Origin: an uncultured Acidobacteriaceae bacterium
GTDB lineage: Bacteria > Acidobacteriota > Terriglobia > Terriglobales > Acidobacteriaceae
Assembly: GCA_963839195.1 (NCBI GenBank)
Contig: CAWITS010000005.1
Coordinates: 502,477-566,476, forward strand
Direction of reading: 5' to 3'
Length of the DNA: 64,000 nt
Shown: piece by piece, positions 53,998-62,594 of the stretch
Layout: each line of letters starts with the position of its first letter
Numbering within the stretch: position 1 is the stretch's first letter
The notes under the pieces: generated by a model
The model's input: the letters and a program-made list of their open reading frames with translations, nothing else
Databases searched by the model: none
Told to the model about the DNA's origin: nothing
Position numbers and translations under genes: made by a program

Positions 53998-55671
53998 ATG
54001 AGTTTTCTGGAAGATATTTTCGAGGCGATCAAGCAGGCGGGGAATACAACTGCGCTTGCCGAGATTCGCGACGGCGAAATCGTGGGCGTGACTGGAAGCG
54101 AATTGCTGGAACTTGTCCGCAAGGCCAGAACGTTTATTGCTTCCAAGGGGCTGTCGAAGGGCGAGCGGTGCGGGTTGCTGGCGGTGAACAGTATTCGGTG
54201 GGTCGCGATGGATTTGGCGCTCATGGCCGAGGGGTTGATTGTCGTTCCTCTCTATTCGCGGCAAGCGCCGGCGGAACTGGTGGCGATGATGAAGGATTGC
54301 ACGCCGACGGCGGTGTGCTGTGGCGATGCGGCGTTGCGGGAAGGGATTGCTCAAAGTTGGGCGGAAGCTCCGCCGCAGTTTCTGTTTGACGAGATTTTTG
54401 CCGGAGTCGAGGGCGTGCAACTGGAGCGGCCGCAGGTCGGGAACGACAGTCCGGTGACCATCATTTATACATCCGGGACATCCGGTGAGGCCAAGGGCGT
54501 GGTGCTGACGGCGGCGAATGTGAGCTTCATGCTGGGGCGAACGGCCGAGCGATTGGAGCAACTGATGTCCGGTTCGTCGTCAGGTTCGAGATCAGGATCG
54601 GGAGGACAGGATCGCATCTTTCATTATTTGCCGTTTACGTTTGCGGCGTCGTGGATTGCGTTGCTGACATTTCTGAAGCGGCGGAGCCTGGTTACGATCA
54701 ACATGGATCTGACCAAAATTGCGAACGACATGCGCGCGGTGGCTCCGGATTATTTTTTGAATGTGCCGCAATTGCTGGAGCGGATGCGGCGAGCCGTGGA
54801 TGAGCAATTGTGGCAGACGGGCGGAGTGGCGCAGGCAATTTATTCGCGGGCAAAGGGCGCGTGGGCGCGGCGGCAGGATGGGCGGGCGAAAGCGGGAGAT
54901 GTGATTTGGCTGGCGCTGGCGAATGCGCTGGTATTTCCCGCGATTCGGAAGAAAATGATCGGGAAGAATCTGAAAGCGCTGATTTGCGGATCGGCGCCGC
55001 TGAGCGCGGAGACGCAGCTGTATTTCATGATGCTGGGAATTCGTGTGCTGCAGGTTTATGGGCTGACCGAGACTACCGCAATTTGCACGATGGATGATCC
55101 GAACCGGGTGGAGGTGGGGCGCGTGGGGCCGGCGATTCCCGGCATGGAGATGAAACTGGGAGAGCACGATGAGATCCTGGTGCGTGGGCCCAACGTTTTT
55201 TCAGGCTATTGGAAACGGCCGGAGCAGACGGCCGAGGCGCTGCGCGAAGGCTGGTTCCATACCGGCGATCAGGGCGAGGTGAACGCGGCTGGAAACTGGC
55301 GGATTGCCGGGCGGATCAAGAATCTGATTGTGCTGGGGTCGGGACACAAGATTTCGCCCGAGCCGATTGAGACTGCGATTTCGAAGAGTTTGCCGGAAGC
55401 GCAGCAGGTGGTGGTGGTGGGGAATGGGCGGGGATATTTGTCGGCGATCGTGACTGGCAACGTGACCGCGGAGAAGGCGCAATCCGCTTTGGATACGGTC
55501 AATCCTGGGTTGCCGCACTACAAGCAGGTGCGGGCATTTTACGTGCGCGGGGAAGCTTTCTCGATTGAGAGCGGGATGTTGACGGTGAACGGTAAGATCA
55601 AGCGGGACACGATCGCGGCGGTAATGAAAGAAGAGATCGAGGGGATGTATCGGGTGAGGCAGGCTGTGTAG
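53998..55671 (+). CDS. AMP-dependent synthetase/ligase (long-chain fatty-acid ligase-like)
   Basis: 557 aa. 'TIIYTSGTSGEAKGVVLT', 'YGLTET', 'TGDQGEV', 'GRIKNLI'. Confidence 0.85.
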   Translation: MSFLEDIFEAIKQAGNTTALAEIRDGEIVGVTGSELLELVRKARTFIASKGLSKGERCGLLAVNSIRWVAMDLALMAEGLIVVPLYSRQAPAELVAMMKDCTPTAVCCGDAALREGIAQSWAEAPPQFLFDEIFAGVEGVQLERPQVGNDSPVTIIYTSGTSGEAKGVVLTAANVSFMLGRTAERLEQLMSGSSSGSRSGSGGQDRIFHYLPFTFAASWIALLTFLKRRSLVTINMDLTKIANDMRAVAPDYFLNVPQLLERMRRAVDEQLWQTGGVAQAIYSRAKGAWARRQDGRAKAGDVIWLALANALVFPAIRKKMIGKNLKALICGSAPLSAETQLYFMMLGIRVLQVYGLTETTAICTMDDPNRVEVGRVGPAIPGMEMKLGEHDEILVRGPNVFSGYWKRPEQTAEALREGWFHTGDQGEVNAAGNWRIAGRIKNLIVLGSGHKISPEPIETAISKSLPEAQQVVVVGNGRGYLSAIVTGNVTAEKAQSALDTVNPGLPHYKQVRAFYVRGEAFSIESGMLTVNGKIKRDTIAAVMKEEIEGMYRVRQAV

Positions 55672-55683
55672 TGCAGGCCGGGA

Positions 55684-56544
55684 ATGCTGGGAAGCACTGA
55701 GGATACCTGGTTGAGTGAAGGAAAATCTGCGATTCAGTTTGCCAGCAAATGCGCGGGGAGCGCTTTGTCCTGGACTATTGCGGACGGCGTGATCGAGCTG
55801 GCCCTGCATCGAAAACCTTGCAACGAACTGGGATCGGCCTCTCTGGATGAGTTTGAGAAATTTGTGGCCGCTTTGGAGAGGATGCAGGCGGAAGCGCATG
55901 CGCTCATTATTTATAGCGAGATGAAGCCAGGGTTTTGCGCCGGAGCTGATTTGCGCGAGCTTTACCAGCGGTCGCAGGCGATGGAGAAAGCTGAGGCCGC
56001 CAAAGGCGTGCGGGATTTTTTGGAGCGGATTCATCGCGTGCTGAATCAGATTGATGCTGCGCCTTTGACGACGATTGCGGCCGTGCATGGAGTGACGTTT
56101 GGGGGAGGGTTCGAGCTGGCGCTGGCTTGCGACCTGATTGTCGCCGATAAAATGGCGCGGTTCTGTTTTCCTGAGCTGAGGCTGGGTTTGATTCCGGGGT
56201 TTGGCGGGATTCCGCGACTGAAGCGGGATTTGGGTAACGCTGTGGTGAGAGATCTGCTGCTGACGGGACGCAGTATCAATGCCACTAAGGCGCAGCAGAT
56301 TGGGCTGGTGAGCCAGGTGGTTGGCGAAGGCGAGGCGCTGCGGGCGGCGCGAGCTGCGGCAGCGCAGCTTGGGAAGTTTGATCGGGCGACGGCAGCTGCG
56401 GCGAAAAAGTTCATCAAGCCGATTCCGCGGGAAGAGTTGCGGCGGGAGATTGATATTTTTTGTGAACTGTTTGGGCGTCCGGCGGTGCAGGCCGGGTTGC
56501 GGAAGTTTGTGGAGAGCACGGATGCGCAGCCGTACTTGCCGTAG
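55684..56544 (+). CDS. enoyl-CoA hydratase/isomerase (crotonase) family protein
   Basis: 286 aa. 'FCAGADLRE' and 'AAVHGVTFGGGFELALACD'. Confidence 0.85.
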   Translation: MLGSTEDTWLSEGKSAIQFASKCAGSALSWTIADGVIELALHRKPCNELGSASLDEFEKFVAALERMQAEAHALIIYSEMKPGFCAGADLRELYQRSQAMEKAEAAKGVRDFLERIHRVLNQIDAAPLTTIAAVHGVTFGGGFELALACDLIVADKMARFCFPELRLGLIPGFGGIPRLKRDLGNAVVRDLLLTGRSINATKAQQIGLVSQVVGEGEALRAARAAAAQLGKFDRATAAAAKKFIKPIPREELRREIDIFCELFGRPAVQAGLRKFVESTDAQPYLP

Positions 56545-56578
56545 CGTTGCGGAGACAGAACGCGGGTGCCGAGGAGAT

Positions 56579-56658
56579 GGAGATCCTTCGCTTTGCTCAG
56601 GATGACAACCTGCTCAGGATGACGAGCTTGCTGATCACAATCCCTGCTCAGGATGACA
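56579..56658 (-). repeat. three tandem REP-A ends (CTGCTCAGGATGAC)
   Basis: ggagatccttcgctttgctcaggatgaca (56579-56607), cctgctcaggatgac (56609-56623), ccctgctcaggatgaca (56642-56658). Confidence 0.8.
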
Positions 56659-56668
56659 GAACGCATTT

Positions 56669-56911
56669 ATGAATACTGCTGAACAGACGCTTGATGAAAT
56701 TCTTAGTCTTGCGGCGGCGCACTTCAAGGTGCCGCGGGAGAAACTTCGTCCCGACGACGACTTTTTTAAAACGTTGGGGATCGACAGTTTGCAGACGCTG
56801 GATCTCCTCACCAAGCTGGAGAATCATTTTCGGGTGGAACTGCCGGATTATGAACTGCAGGGGGTTTCCGACTTTCGCACGCTTGCGGGGAAGATTCAGG
56901 CGCGGCTGTAG
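56669..56911 (+). CDS. acyl carrier protein (stand-alone)
   Basis: 80 aa. 'FFKTLGIDSLQTLDLLTKLE' carries the phosphopantetheine Ser in a DSL motif. Confidence 0.85.
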   Translation: MNTAEQTLDEILSLAAAHFKVPREKLRPDDDFFKTLGIDSLQTLDLLTKLENHFRVELPDYELQGVSDFRTLAGKIQARL

Positions 56912-56917
56912 CAAACA

Positions 56918-56997
56918 AATTGCTGATTGCTGATTTTTGATTGATGATTAAGCCCGCGGGTTGTTAATCAACAATCACCAATCTACAATCAGCAATT
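56918..56997. repeat. long hairpin with (ATTGNTG)n tandem-repeat arms filling the ACP-ligase spacer
   Basis: Left arm aattgctgattgctgatttttgattgatgattaa (56918-56951). Right arm ttaatcaacaatcaccaatctacaatcagcaatt (56964-56997). 29 of 34 positions are complementary. 12-nt loop gcccgcgggttg. Confidence 0.85.
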
Positions 56998-57003
56998 CTC
57001 CTT

Positions 57004-58710
57004 ATGCTCGACCTCCAAAAATATAGCTGTCTGGGCGCGGCGCTGCGCGATGCGGTGGAGCGCTTTGGGGGAGAGACTTGCCTGATCGAGGCTGACCGCG
57101 AGCGGGAGAAGACGCGGCTGACGTACTCCGATTTCAAAGAAATCAGCATGCCTCTGGCACGGGCGCTGGAGGATGCGGACTTCGATGCCGGGGATCGCGC
57201 GGCGATTCTTATGACGAATCAGTCGAAGTGGCTGATTTCGGCGTACGCGATTTTCTATTGCGGCGGGGTGCTGGTGCCGCTGGATTACAAACTTACGGCG
57301 GGCGAGCAACTGCAACTGTTGGAGCATTCGAAGGCGAAAGTGCTGGTGGTGGAGTATTACCTCTGGCGGGCGATCATGCAATCGCCGGAATTTCAGAACA
57401 TCAAGACGAAGCTGGTGCTGGTGACGGAAGCGCCGCTGGGAGCGGAGCTGGCGGGAGGGTTCCGCTGGGAAGATTTTCGGCGCAAGGGCGCGCCCGATTT
57501 CGTGATGCGGCAGCGCGAAGATGTGGCCTGCATCGTGTATTCATCGGGCACGGGTGGGCGGCCGAAGGGTTGTGTGCTGACGCATGAGAACTATCTGGAG
57601 CAGTGCCGGTCGCTGACGGCGTGGTATCCATTCTGGCCAGGGGTGCGGTATTTGAGCATTCTGCCGACCAACCACGCGATCGATTTCATGGTGGGATTCA
57701 TTGGGCCGTTCGTGTGCGGGGCGTGCGTGGTGCATTTGCGGACGCTGCGTCCGGAATTTGTGCGGGATGCGTTTGTGCGCTACCGGATTACTTATGTGGC
57801 GCTGGTGCCGATGATCGTGAAGAACCTGGAGCGCGGGCTGCGCGCGAAACTCGATGAGCTGCCGGCGTGGAAGCGGGTGATTCTGAATCGAATGATCGGG
57901 CTTAACAAGTTGCTGACGCGAGGCAAAGCGCGGGTGAAGGTGAGCCGCGCGCTGCTGCCGGGAGTGCATCGCGCGTTTGGCGGAGAGTTGCTGGCGCTGA
58001 TCACGGGCGGGGCATTCATGGAACCCTCGAGCATGCAGTTTTTTTATGATCTAGGAATTCCCGTGGTGAATGGATATGGATTGACGGAGGCGGGGACCGT
58101 CCTCACCGTGAACGATCTGAAGCCATTTCGCGCCGACACGGTGGGTAAACCACTGCCAGGCGCGGAACTGAGGATACTCAGTCCGAATGAAGAGGGGATT
58201 GGAGAAATTGCGGCGCGGAGCAAGACCGTGATGTCGCATTATCTGGATGATGCGGAGCTGACACTGGAAACGATTGTGGATGGCTGGCTTCTGACGGGAG
58301 ATTTGGGGCGCTTTGATAAGAATGGGCATCTGCAGCTTTTCGGGCGGAAGAAAAACATGATCGTCACCGAAGGCGGGAAGAATATTTATCCCGAGGATAT
58401 TGAGACGGTGTTCGATGGGCTGGCAGTGAAGGAGTACTGTGTGTTCGCGGCGAATTATGTTTGGCCGCAGAAGTTGGGTAAGGAGATGCTGGTGATGGCG
58501 CTGCGGCTGGAACAGAATCAGCGATTCGACAGCGCGCTGCTGGAAGAGATCGTGGCCCGCAATCGAAAGCTGCCTGACTTCAAACGTGTGGGCGGATATG
58601 TGATCTGCGAGAAAGATTTTCCGCGGACGGCGTCGATGAAAATCAAGCGTCAGGCGCTGGCGGAGGAACTGGGAAAGACGGTGAATCGGGCAGCGGTGGT
58701 GGGGCTGTGA
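57004..58710 (+). CDS. AMP-dependent synthetase/ligase (second copy)
   Basis: 568 aa. '[22 protein letters not shown]', 'YGLTEAG', 'TGDLGRFD', 'GRKKNMIV'. Confidence 0.85.
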   Translation: MLDLQKYSCLGAALRDAVERFGGETCLIEADREREKTRLTYSDFKEISMPLARALEDADFDAGDRAAILMTNQSKWLISAYAIFYCGGVLVPLDYKLTAGEQLQLLEHSKAKVLVVEYYLWRAIMQSPEFQNIKTKLVLVTEAPLGAELAGGFRWEDFRRKGAPDFVMRQREDVACIVYSSGTGGRPKGCVLTHENYLEQCRSLTAWYPFWPGVRYLSILPTNHAIDFMVGFIGPFVCGACVVHLRTLRPEFVRDAFVRYRITYVALVPMIVKNLERGLRAKLDELPAWKRVILNRMIGLNKLLTRGKARVKVSRALLPGVHRAFGGELLALITGGAFMEPSSMQFFYDLGIPVVNGYGLTEAGTVLTVNDLKPFRADTVGKPLPGAELRILSPNEEGIGEIAARSKTVMSHYLDDAELTLETIVDGWLLTGDLGRFDKNGHLQLFGRKKNMIVTEGGKNIYPEDIETVFDGLAVKEYCVFAANYVWPQKLGKEMLVMALRLEQNQRFDSALLEEIVARNRKLPDFKRVGGYVICEKDFPRTASMKIKRQALAEELGKTVNRAAVVGL

Positions 58711-59618
58711 ATGAGCGGCGGGAATCGTATCTGGCGATTGTGAACCCTGTGGCGGGGGGCGGGCGGAGCCGGAAGCTGCTGGGACCTGCGTTGGAGCGGC
58801 TGCGGGCGGGCGGAGTTGAAGTTGAAGTTGTCGAGACGCAGGGCGCAGGCGATGCTACCCGGATCGCGCGTGAGGCCTACGGACGCGGGCGGCGGCGGTT
58901 TATCGCGGTGGGTGGGGATGGGACTTCGTATGAAGTCGTGAACGGGCTTTTCCCGGAGGCGAGTGTGGGCGATCGTCCTACGCTCGGGTTTTTACCGCTG
59001 GGGACGGGGAATTCTTTTCTGCGCGATTTCAGCGATCGTGGAGTGGAACACGCGATCGAATCGCTGATTGCCGGGCGATCCCAGGCATGCGATGTGCTGC
59101 GGCTGCGGCACCGCGGCGGGGTGCTTCACTACATTAATCTGTTAAGCGTGGGGTTTCCAGCCGACGTAGCGACCTTGCGGGCGCGGCGTTTCAGCCGTCA
59201 GGGAGAATTGGGGTACGTCATCTCAATCTTTCTGGGGTTGGCACGATTGCGCAGGCGGCCGTTTCCGGTGCGAGTGGATGACGAAAGGGAGTTTGACCGG
59301 CGACGTTGTTTGTTTCTCACTTTCAACAACAGCAAGTTTACCGGCGGGACAATGATGATCGCGCCGAAGGCTGAAGTGAATAGCGGGCTCATTGAATATG
59401 TCCGATGGGGAGCGATTGGGAGGTTGGGGCTGATGGGAAATTTGCCCGGGCTTTATGATGGCACGCATATTGAACATCCTCGCGCGGAGAGAAAAGCGGT
59501 GAAGAGGATAGAATTCGACTTGAAAGAGCCGGTCGACGTGATGGTAGATGGAGAAGTGCTGACGCTGCTCTGCGAAGAATTGGATGTGCTGCCCGGGGCA
59601 TTGAACGTAGTAGCGTAA
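58707..59618 (+). CDS. diacylglycerol-kinase-family lipid kinase (YegS/BmrU-like)
   Basis: 303 aa. GTG start in a GTGA overlap with the ligase stop. '[10 protein letters not shown]', '[17 protein letters not shown]', '[12 protein letters not shown]'. Confidence 0.85.
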   Translation: MNERRESYLAIVNPVAGGGRSRKLLGPALERLRAGGVEVEVVETQGAGDATRIAREAYGRGRRRFIAVGGDGTSYEVVNGLFPEASVGDRPTLGFLPLGTGNSFLRDFSDRGVEHAIESLIAGRSQACDVLRLRHRGGVLHYINLLSVGFPADVATLRARRFSRQGELGYVISIFLGLARLRRRPFPVRVDDEREFDRRRCLFLTFNNSKFTGGTMMIAPKAEVNSGLIEYVRWGAIGRLGLMGNLPGLYDGTHIEHPRAERKAVKRIEFDLKEPVDVMVDGEVLTLLCEELDVLPGALNVVA

Positions 59619-59657
59619 GCGCGTGATATAAGAATTGAACTGTGCCGGAAAGGAATC

Positions 59658-60080
59658 ATGACTGAGGAGCGCGGAACACGGGGACAGGATCGCAAGGGTG
59701 CGGCGGTGCCGAATCCGAAATCTCGCGACAAGCTGGTTTGGGCCGGGATCGGAATCGTGCTCGTCATCGCATATGTCGGGTTCTGGTATCACAATAATCA
59801 CCGCTACGATGATTTCGCGAAGTGTATGGCGTCGAAGCAGGTGAAGATGTATGGGGCTTACTGGTGTCCGCACTGTGCCGAGCAGAAGGAAATTCTCGGA
59901 AAGTCGTATCGATTTGTATACGTTGAGTGCGGAGTGCAGGGTTCACACTCGGAGTCGGATGAGTGTAAGGCTCTGGGCATAAAAGGGTTCCCGTCATGGC
60001 GATTTCCGGATGGCTCCATGATCCCGCTCGTATTTTCTGCGGCGGAGTTGAGCGATAAGACTGGGTGCAGTTTGCCGTGA
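59658..60080 (+). CDS. membrane-anchored thioredoxin-like protein (VKOR-partner type)
   Basis: 140 aa. One N-terminal TM. 'MYGAYWCPHCAEQKEILG ... YVEC ... C..LGIKGFPSW' matches the Trx-like domain normally fused to bacterial VKOR. Confidence 0.75.
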   Translation: MTEERGTRGQDRKGAAVPNPKSRDKLVWAGIGIVLVIAYVGFWYHNNHRYDDFAKCMASKQVKMYGAYWCPHCAEQKEILGKSYRFVYVECGVQGSHSESDECKALGIKGFPSWRFPDGSMIPLVFSAAELSDKTGCSLP

Positions 60081-60550
60081 GTGTGACGGGAGATCGGCAC
60101 GAACCGAACGCAACTTCCACGGAGCGCAACCAAGGGTTGTTCGTAGCGATTGTCGTCCTGGCGGTCGCTGGAATCGTGGTATCAGCAGCATCTCTGCAGC
60201 GGCATTATGCGAAGTCGGCGACCGCGTTCTGCGACATCGGCGAGCGATTCAATTGCGACATCGTGAACCGGAGCGAGTATTCGACGGTGATGGGAATTCC
60301 GGTGGCGGGGATTGGGATTGCCGGGTACGGAGTGTTGCTGGCGCTGGCGACGATTTACAGGTCGCGGTCGGAAACGCCGACGCGGCTATTCGCTGCGGCA
60401 GTCGCGGGGTTAGCATTTGCACTATATCTCACCTACGTTGAGGGCTATGTGCTGGAGACGTGGTGCATTCTGTGTTTGAGTTCGCTTGTCTCGATCGGCG
60501 TCATCACTTTTCTCGCGGGCCTCGTGAAGGCGCGAAGCGGGAAGTCGTGA
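60065..60550 (+). CDS. vitamin K epoxide reductase (VKOR) family protein
   Basis: 161 aa. Loop cysteines 'FCDIGERFNCDIV' and active site 'TWCILCL'. The start may be GTG 60077 (GTGA overlap with the Trx-gene stop). Confidence 0.8.
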   Translation: MQFAVSVTGDRHEPNATSTERNQGLFVAIVVLAVAGIVVSAASLQRHYAKSATAFCDIGERFNCDIVNRSEYSTVMGIPVAGIGIAGYGVLLALATIYRSRSETPTRLFAAAVAGLAFALYLTYVEGYVLETWCILCLSSLVSIGVITFLAGLVKARSGKS

Positions 60551-60577
60551 TTGTCTTCGAGGATGCATGGGAGGCTC

Positions 60578-61639
60578 ATGTCGTCCTCCACTAAACCGCG
60601 TCTGAACGCTTACGCTCGATGGCTCACAGTTGGGATCGCGGCTGCGCTAGCCATCAAACTGCCGCTTGACTGGATCGCCTACCGCGTCAGATATGAGGGC
60701 TCGTTCCTTAACTTCCACATACTTCTGGCGGTGATTTACATTCCTGTGGCGTTCGGACTCATCTGGCCGGCGCTGATCGGAGTTGAGGCGTGGGTGATGC
60801 GGTCCGCAGGCCGGGACCGGAAGTGGCCGTCGAAGGCCGCTGTCATCGTGTTCAGTGTGTCGGCGGTTGGCGCGACGCCCTGCATCCTGTTTGAGCATCG
60901 CCGTATAGTAATTCTTCGCGAGGCTGCTCGGGCCGAAGCCGAACGCATGCAGCAATTCCGCATGCAGCAAGGCACATTGGTGCTGGCGGCGGCGGCGGCT
61001 ATTCAGGCCAATGGCATCACGGCGTTCAGCGACCCTTTGACAGGACCGCAAATTGATGCTGTTAACCGCTACCTCGATGCGCATCCCGGGAACCTGCGAG
61101 AGTTGCAAAGCGCCAGCGAGCATTATCGTTATCCCTCGAGCGTGATGATCATGAAGCATCTCTCAGAAAAGAGATATTGCCCGCCGGAAGTGCTGGATAC
61201 TATTTTTGAAAATGCAGTTGATCTGCAAAAAGGTCCGTCGTTTCCGAGTAAGGGCGATCTCTCGATGGTGTTTTACAACCTTGCGTGGAATCCCAATGTG
61301 CCGGTCTCAGTGCTGATCAAAATGCTGGATAACGAGGATGCCGGGGCGCGACGAGCGGCCGCGGCGAATCCGCGAACGCCGAAGGCGGCAAGAATTGAGT
61401 ATCTTCGAAGGGCAGCTGTTTCCCGGAAGATTGTGGAGCGTCAGGAGGCGGCGGAGAACCCGGACTGTCCACAGGATGTACTGAAGCAACTGGCATTGGA
61501 CTCTCTCACATCCAGGTTTGCCGCGTCCAATCCAAATCTGCCGCTCGATCTGCTGCAGGCTCTAGCTAGCTCCAGCGACCTCGCGACGCGGAACCGGGCG
61601 CTGGCAAATCTGGCTAAACGTGAAAAAACACAGCCCTGA
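60578..61639 (+). CDS. membrane protein with C-terminal leucine-rich-repeat-variant (LRV/HEAT-like) repeats
   Basis: Start at ATG 60578 (GGGAGG upstream). The N-terminus has TM segments. The C-terminus repeats 'NPNVPVSVL', 'ANPRTPKAA', 'ENPDCPQDVL', 'SNPNLPLDLL'. Confidence 0.6.
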   Translation: MSSSTKPRLNAYARWLTVGIAAALAIKLPLDWIAYRVRYEGSFLNFHILLAVIYIPVAFGLIWPALIGVEAWVMRSAGRDRKWPSKAAVIVFSVSAVGATPCILFEHRRIVILREAARAEAERMQQFRMQQGTLVLAAAAAIQANGITAFSDPLTGPQIDAVNRYLDAHPGNLRELQSASEHYRYPSSVMIMKHLSEKRYCPPEVLDTIFENAVDLQKGPSFPSKGDLSMVFYNLAWNPNVPVSVLIKMLDNEDAGARRAAAANPRTPKAARIEYLRRAAVSRKIVERQEAAENPDCPQDVLKQLALDSLTSRFAASNPNLPLDLLQALASSSDLATRNRALANLAKREKTQP

Positions 61640-61640
61640 G

Positions 61641-62492
61641 ATGGCACAACTTCAGAAAACAAGAAAGTCATCAAATGAAACCGCGGATTTCGTACGCGCC
61701 AGCGGGGCAACGGGAGACTTGCGGCTGCATGAATTTCGCAGCCGCGTCTTCCGGAACACGCGTTTGCTGCGAGTGTGGCTGCCGCCGGGTTATGACGACG
61801 CGGAGAATGTGGGCCGGCGTTATCCAGTGCTTTACCTGAACGACGGGCAGAATCTGTTTGAAGCGGCGACCTCCTACGCCGGGGTTGAGTGGCAGGTGGA
61901 CGAGACGGCGGATCGCTTGATCCGCGAAGGCGCAGTGCCGGCGATGATTATCGTCGGCATCGATAACGTGGGTAAGGATCGGATTCGTGAGTACATGCCT
62001 TATCGGTCAATGAATCCCGTTATGCTGCGGGCGCAGGGGCGGTATTATCCGGATTTTCTGATAAAGGAAGTGATGCCGTTCGTGGAGCGGAACTACCGCG
62101 TGGCGATGGGACCGGAAAATACTGGACTTGGCGGATCTTCTTTAGGCGCGCTGATCGCGCTTTATACCGCGATGGTGCGGCCGGGAGTGATTGGGCGGTT
62201 GCTGGTGGAGAGTCCGTCGCTGTGGGCGTCGCACCGGCAGGCGATCAAGGAGAGCCGGTCGGTAAGAATCTGGCCGGAGCGAATCTATCTGGGGGTGGGA
62301 ACTGCCGAGGCGGGAAGCGCGGAGCGGAGCCGGAGCGTGGTGGACGATGTGCGGGAACTGGCGGCCATCCTGCGGCGGGCGGTGTTGAGCGAAAAGCGGT
62401 TGCGGCTGGTCATTAAGGATGGAGGTGGACACAACGAGGCGGCGTGGGCGGAGCGATTTCCTGAGGCGTTGCGATTTTTGTTTGGGACGTGA
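61641..62492 (+). CDS. esterase-family alpha/beta hydrolase (putative-esterase / enterochelin-esterase-like)
   Basis: Start at ATG 61641 (MAQLQK). 'YPVLYLNDGQNLF' and nucleophile elbow 'GGSSLGAL'. Confidence 0.75.
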   Translation: MAQLQKTRKSSNETADFVRASGATGDLRLHEFRSRVFRNTRLLRVWLPPGYDDAENVGRRYPVLYLNDGQNLFEAATSYAGVEWQVDETADRLIREGAVPAMIIVGIDNVGKDRIREYMPYRSMNPVMLRAQGRYYPDFLIKEVMPFVERNYRVAMGPENTGLGGSSLGALIALYTAMVRPGVIGRLLVESPSLWASHRQAIKESRSVRIWPERIYLGVGTAEAGSAERSRSVVDDVRELAAILRRAVLSEKRLRLVIKDGGGHNEAAWAERFPEALRFLFGT

Positions 62493-62534
62493 AAGCGGAA
62501 TCGACGAGCTTGCGAAAAGACTCAAGCGACCGCC

Positions 62535-62568
62535 GGCGCTGAAGCGCCGCTCTTCCACGTCACTGCGG
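62535..62568 (+). repeat. REP-B core
   Basis: ggcgctgaagcgccgctcttccacgtcactgcgg. 33/34 identical to 44314-44347. Sits between convergent genes. Confidence 0.8.
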
Positions 62569-62594
62569 ACAGTGACGATTCGTTCGGCAGCTTG

